NCBI RefSeq assembly: GCF_035594765.1
Contig: NW_026943818.1
Location: 35,719,129-35,783,128 of the forward strand
Source: Anolis carolinensis
Taxonomy: Eukaryota
Direction: 5' to 3'
Length of the DNA stretch: 64,000 nucleotides
Part shown: positions 62,400 through 64,000 of the stretch, piece by piece
Layout of the letters: the number at the start of each line of letters is the position of its first letter
Numbering within the stretch: position 1 is the first letter of the stretch
Notes under the pieces: model-generated
Told to the model about the DNA's origin: nothing
The model's input: only the letters and a program-made list of their open reading frames with translations
The model's database searches: none
Made by a program: the position numbers and the translations under genes

Positions 62400-63119
62400 T
62401 GTTGTCTTTCTGTGTGACCGAACACAGAACCAAGTCACTGTTGTGGTTCAGTCTGATGATGAAGGGGGATTTGAGTTTATGCAGGTTGACCAAGGAAATG
62501 TTGAAGGCTCTGGATTGTCAGAGAGGTCGCAGGCTAGCAGGGAAGCTGAAGTTAGTGATAAGGGTGACCTTTCACAAGATATTGAACATCAACAAAGTCC
62601 AGGTGGCTCTGGCAGCGAGTCAGAGGAGTCTTCCTTAGATAGAGACGCAAGGTTAAGGTTAAGGGTTCGTCCCAAGTATTCTGTGAGAATTGCTAGTAAA
62701 TGTGTGGAAACCCAAGTTCAGAGGAATGCTTTCTTAGCTTGTAAGCATGGTTAAATAGGGAGAAACTGAAAGATTTCAGACGAAGCAAAGTTGATTTTTG
62801 GGAAGCTTAATTCCTGCCTTGTCTCTGCTCATGGAAACAGATTCTTGTTTTGTTCATGCCTAGATTCTGTGTTTGGATTGTATTTTGGAGTTCACGCTGC
62901 CTTGTCTTTCAGGATTGATTTGCTATATTAGAGACTTTGAACTATTTTCTACAGAGACTTTGAACTATATTCTGCAGATTGCCTTTGCAATTGGATTACT
63001 GCTTCCTTTACTGCTTTTTTATTAAGACTTTGCTCTTTTATCAATAAACAGTAAAAAAACAAGTCTGTTGTGGTGGAGTGTGTGTTAAGAACGTGGTGAA
63101 CCAGCGCTGAGGTGCAACA
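62400..63119 (+). mobile_element. Solo LTR-like element (left boundary approximate)
   Basis: Ends ctgaggtgcaaca and has AATAAA near 63043. Its ORF is homologous to the one in 7702-8243. Confidence 0.6.
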
Positions 63120-64000
63120 GTCACCTTCTACTGGGTTCACAGTTACCCAAATGTGACTGATTCTCAAGGCGTTGAAGCTGATGGGGATGCTGAGGTTGTT
63201 TTGCTAAAGGGCTACGGGAACTGTGTTTGGGTGGGTCCATCCTGCCCAAATTGTGGTTTTGTATTTTGCTTCAGTTTGGGGTGTGGCGCAATATCCCCTT
63301 CCTCTTGTTTTGCTTTTCTCGTTTTCATTTCTGCAAGGTAGGGCCACAAAAGTGCGCCGCAGGCAAACAACGTCGCATTTGCTGCCCGTCGAGGCAGGTG
63401 CGACACCGTTTCGTCCTTTCCTATGCTGCAGAGATTCGAGGAAGAACCTGGACTGTGTAAGTGAGTTCAGGTGGGACGGCCGGGAGCGGCTACACTGCAG
63501 ACTTAATGCAGTTTGACACCACTTTAACCTCCACGGCTCAATGCTATGAGATCCTGGGAGTTGTCTAGAGAAGAAAAGGCGGAAGACCTTTTTAAACTTT
63601 TCAAACTACCAGGATCCCATTGCATTGAAAGTGGTGTCAAACTTTTTGTATTTATATGGGAATTATTCTAATTTGAATTAGAATTTCCTTTGAATTTTCT
63701 CAGGAAATTCAGATTTACGTAATTATGGTGATATGATATGGAATTATTTTGCTTTGCTTTCTTTCTCTTCCAATTTCTATCTTTTCTGGTCTTGGACTGT
63801 AAGACAATTACAGTAGAGTCTCACTTATCCAACATAAACGGGCCGGCAGAATGTTGGATAAGTGAATATGTTGGACAATAAGGAGAGATTAAGGAAAAGC
63901 CTATTAAACATCAAATTAGGTTATGATTTTGCAAATTAAGCACCAAAACATCACGTTATACAACAAATTTGACAGAAAAAGTAGTTCATTACACAGTAAT

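Noticed and set aside
63338-63460. Beta-defensin exon (C...CC pattern)
   Set aside because: Only three of the six cysteines are present and no signal-peptide exon was found, so it is kept only as a generic candidate exon.

Overview
Vertebrate genomic DNA, most likely a squamate: the repeats are Anolis-like (Sauria SINE, R4/Dong LINEs with (TAA)n tails, Helitrons, hAT and TA-MITEs, Penelope, L1, CR1). Host genes assembled by hand from splice signals: (1) the last two exons of a GNA15-like G-alpha(q) gene; (2) three apparently intact 5-exon granzyme/mast-cell-protease-like serine proteases, A (- strand, 4825-10291), B (+, 23516-34160) and C (+, 40490-47760), plus an orphan inverted signal-peptide exon; (3) a CYSTM1-like gene with its CDS in one exon (53842-54120). 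A young full-length Ty3/Gypsy element of the Tf1/sushi type (54687-60003) has two 303-bp LTRs that read as identical and one uninterrupted gag-pol ORF. It shows an 11-nt self-priming PBS and no chromodomain. It also has a canonical GT-AG intron that would remove all of pol and give a Gag-only mRNA. Three solo LTRs carry acidic ORFs ending in an (R)SxRIAxK motif. The 1824-aa ORF is a by-product of a 51-bp minisatellite filling intron 4 of protease B. All coordinates and identity counts were made by eye and need computational confirmation.
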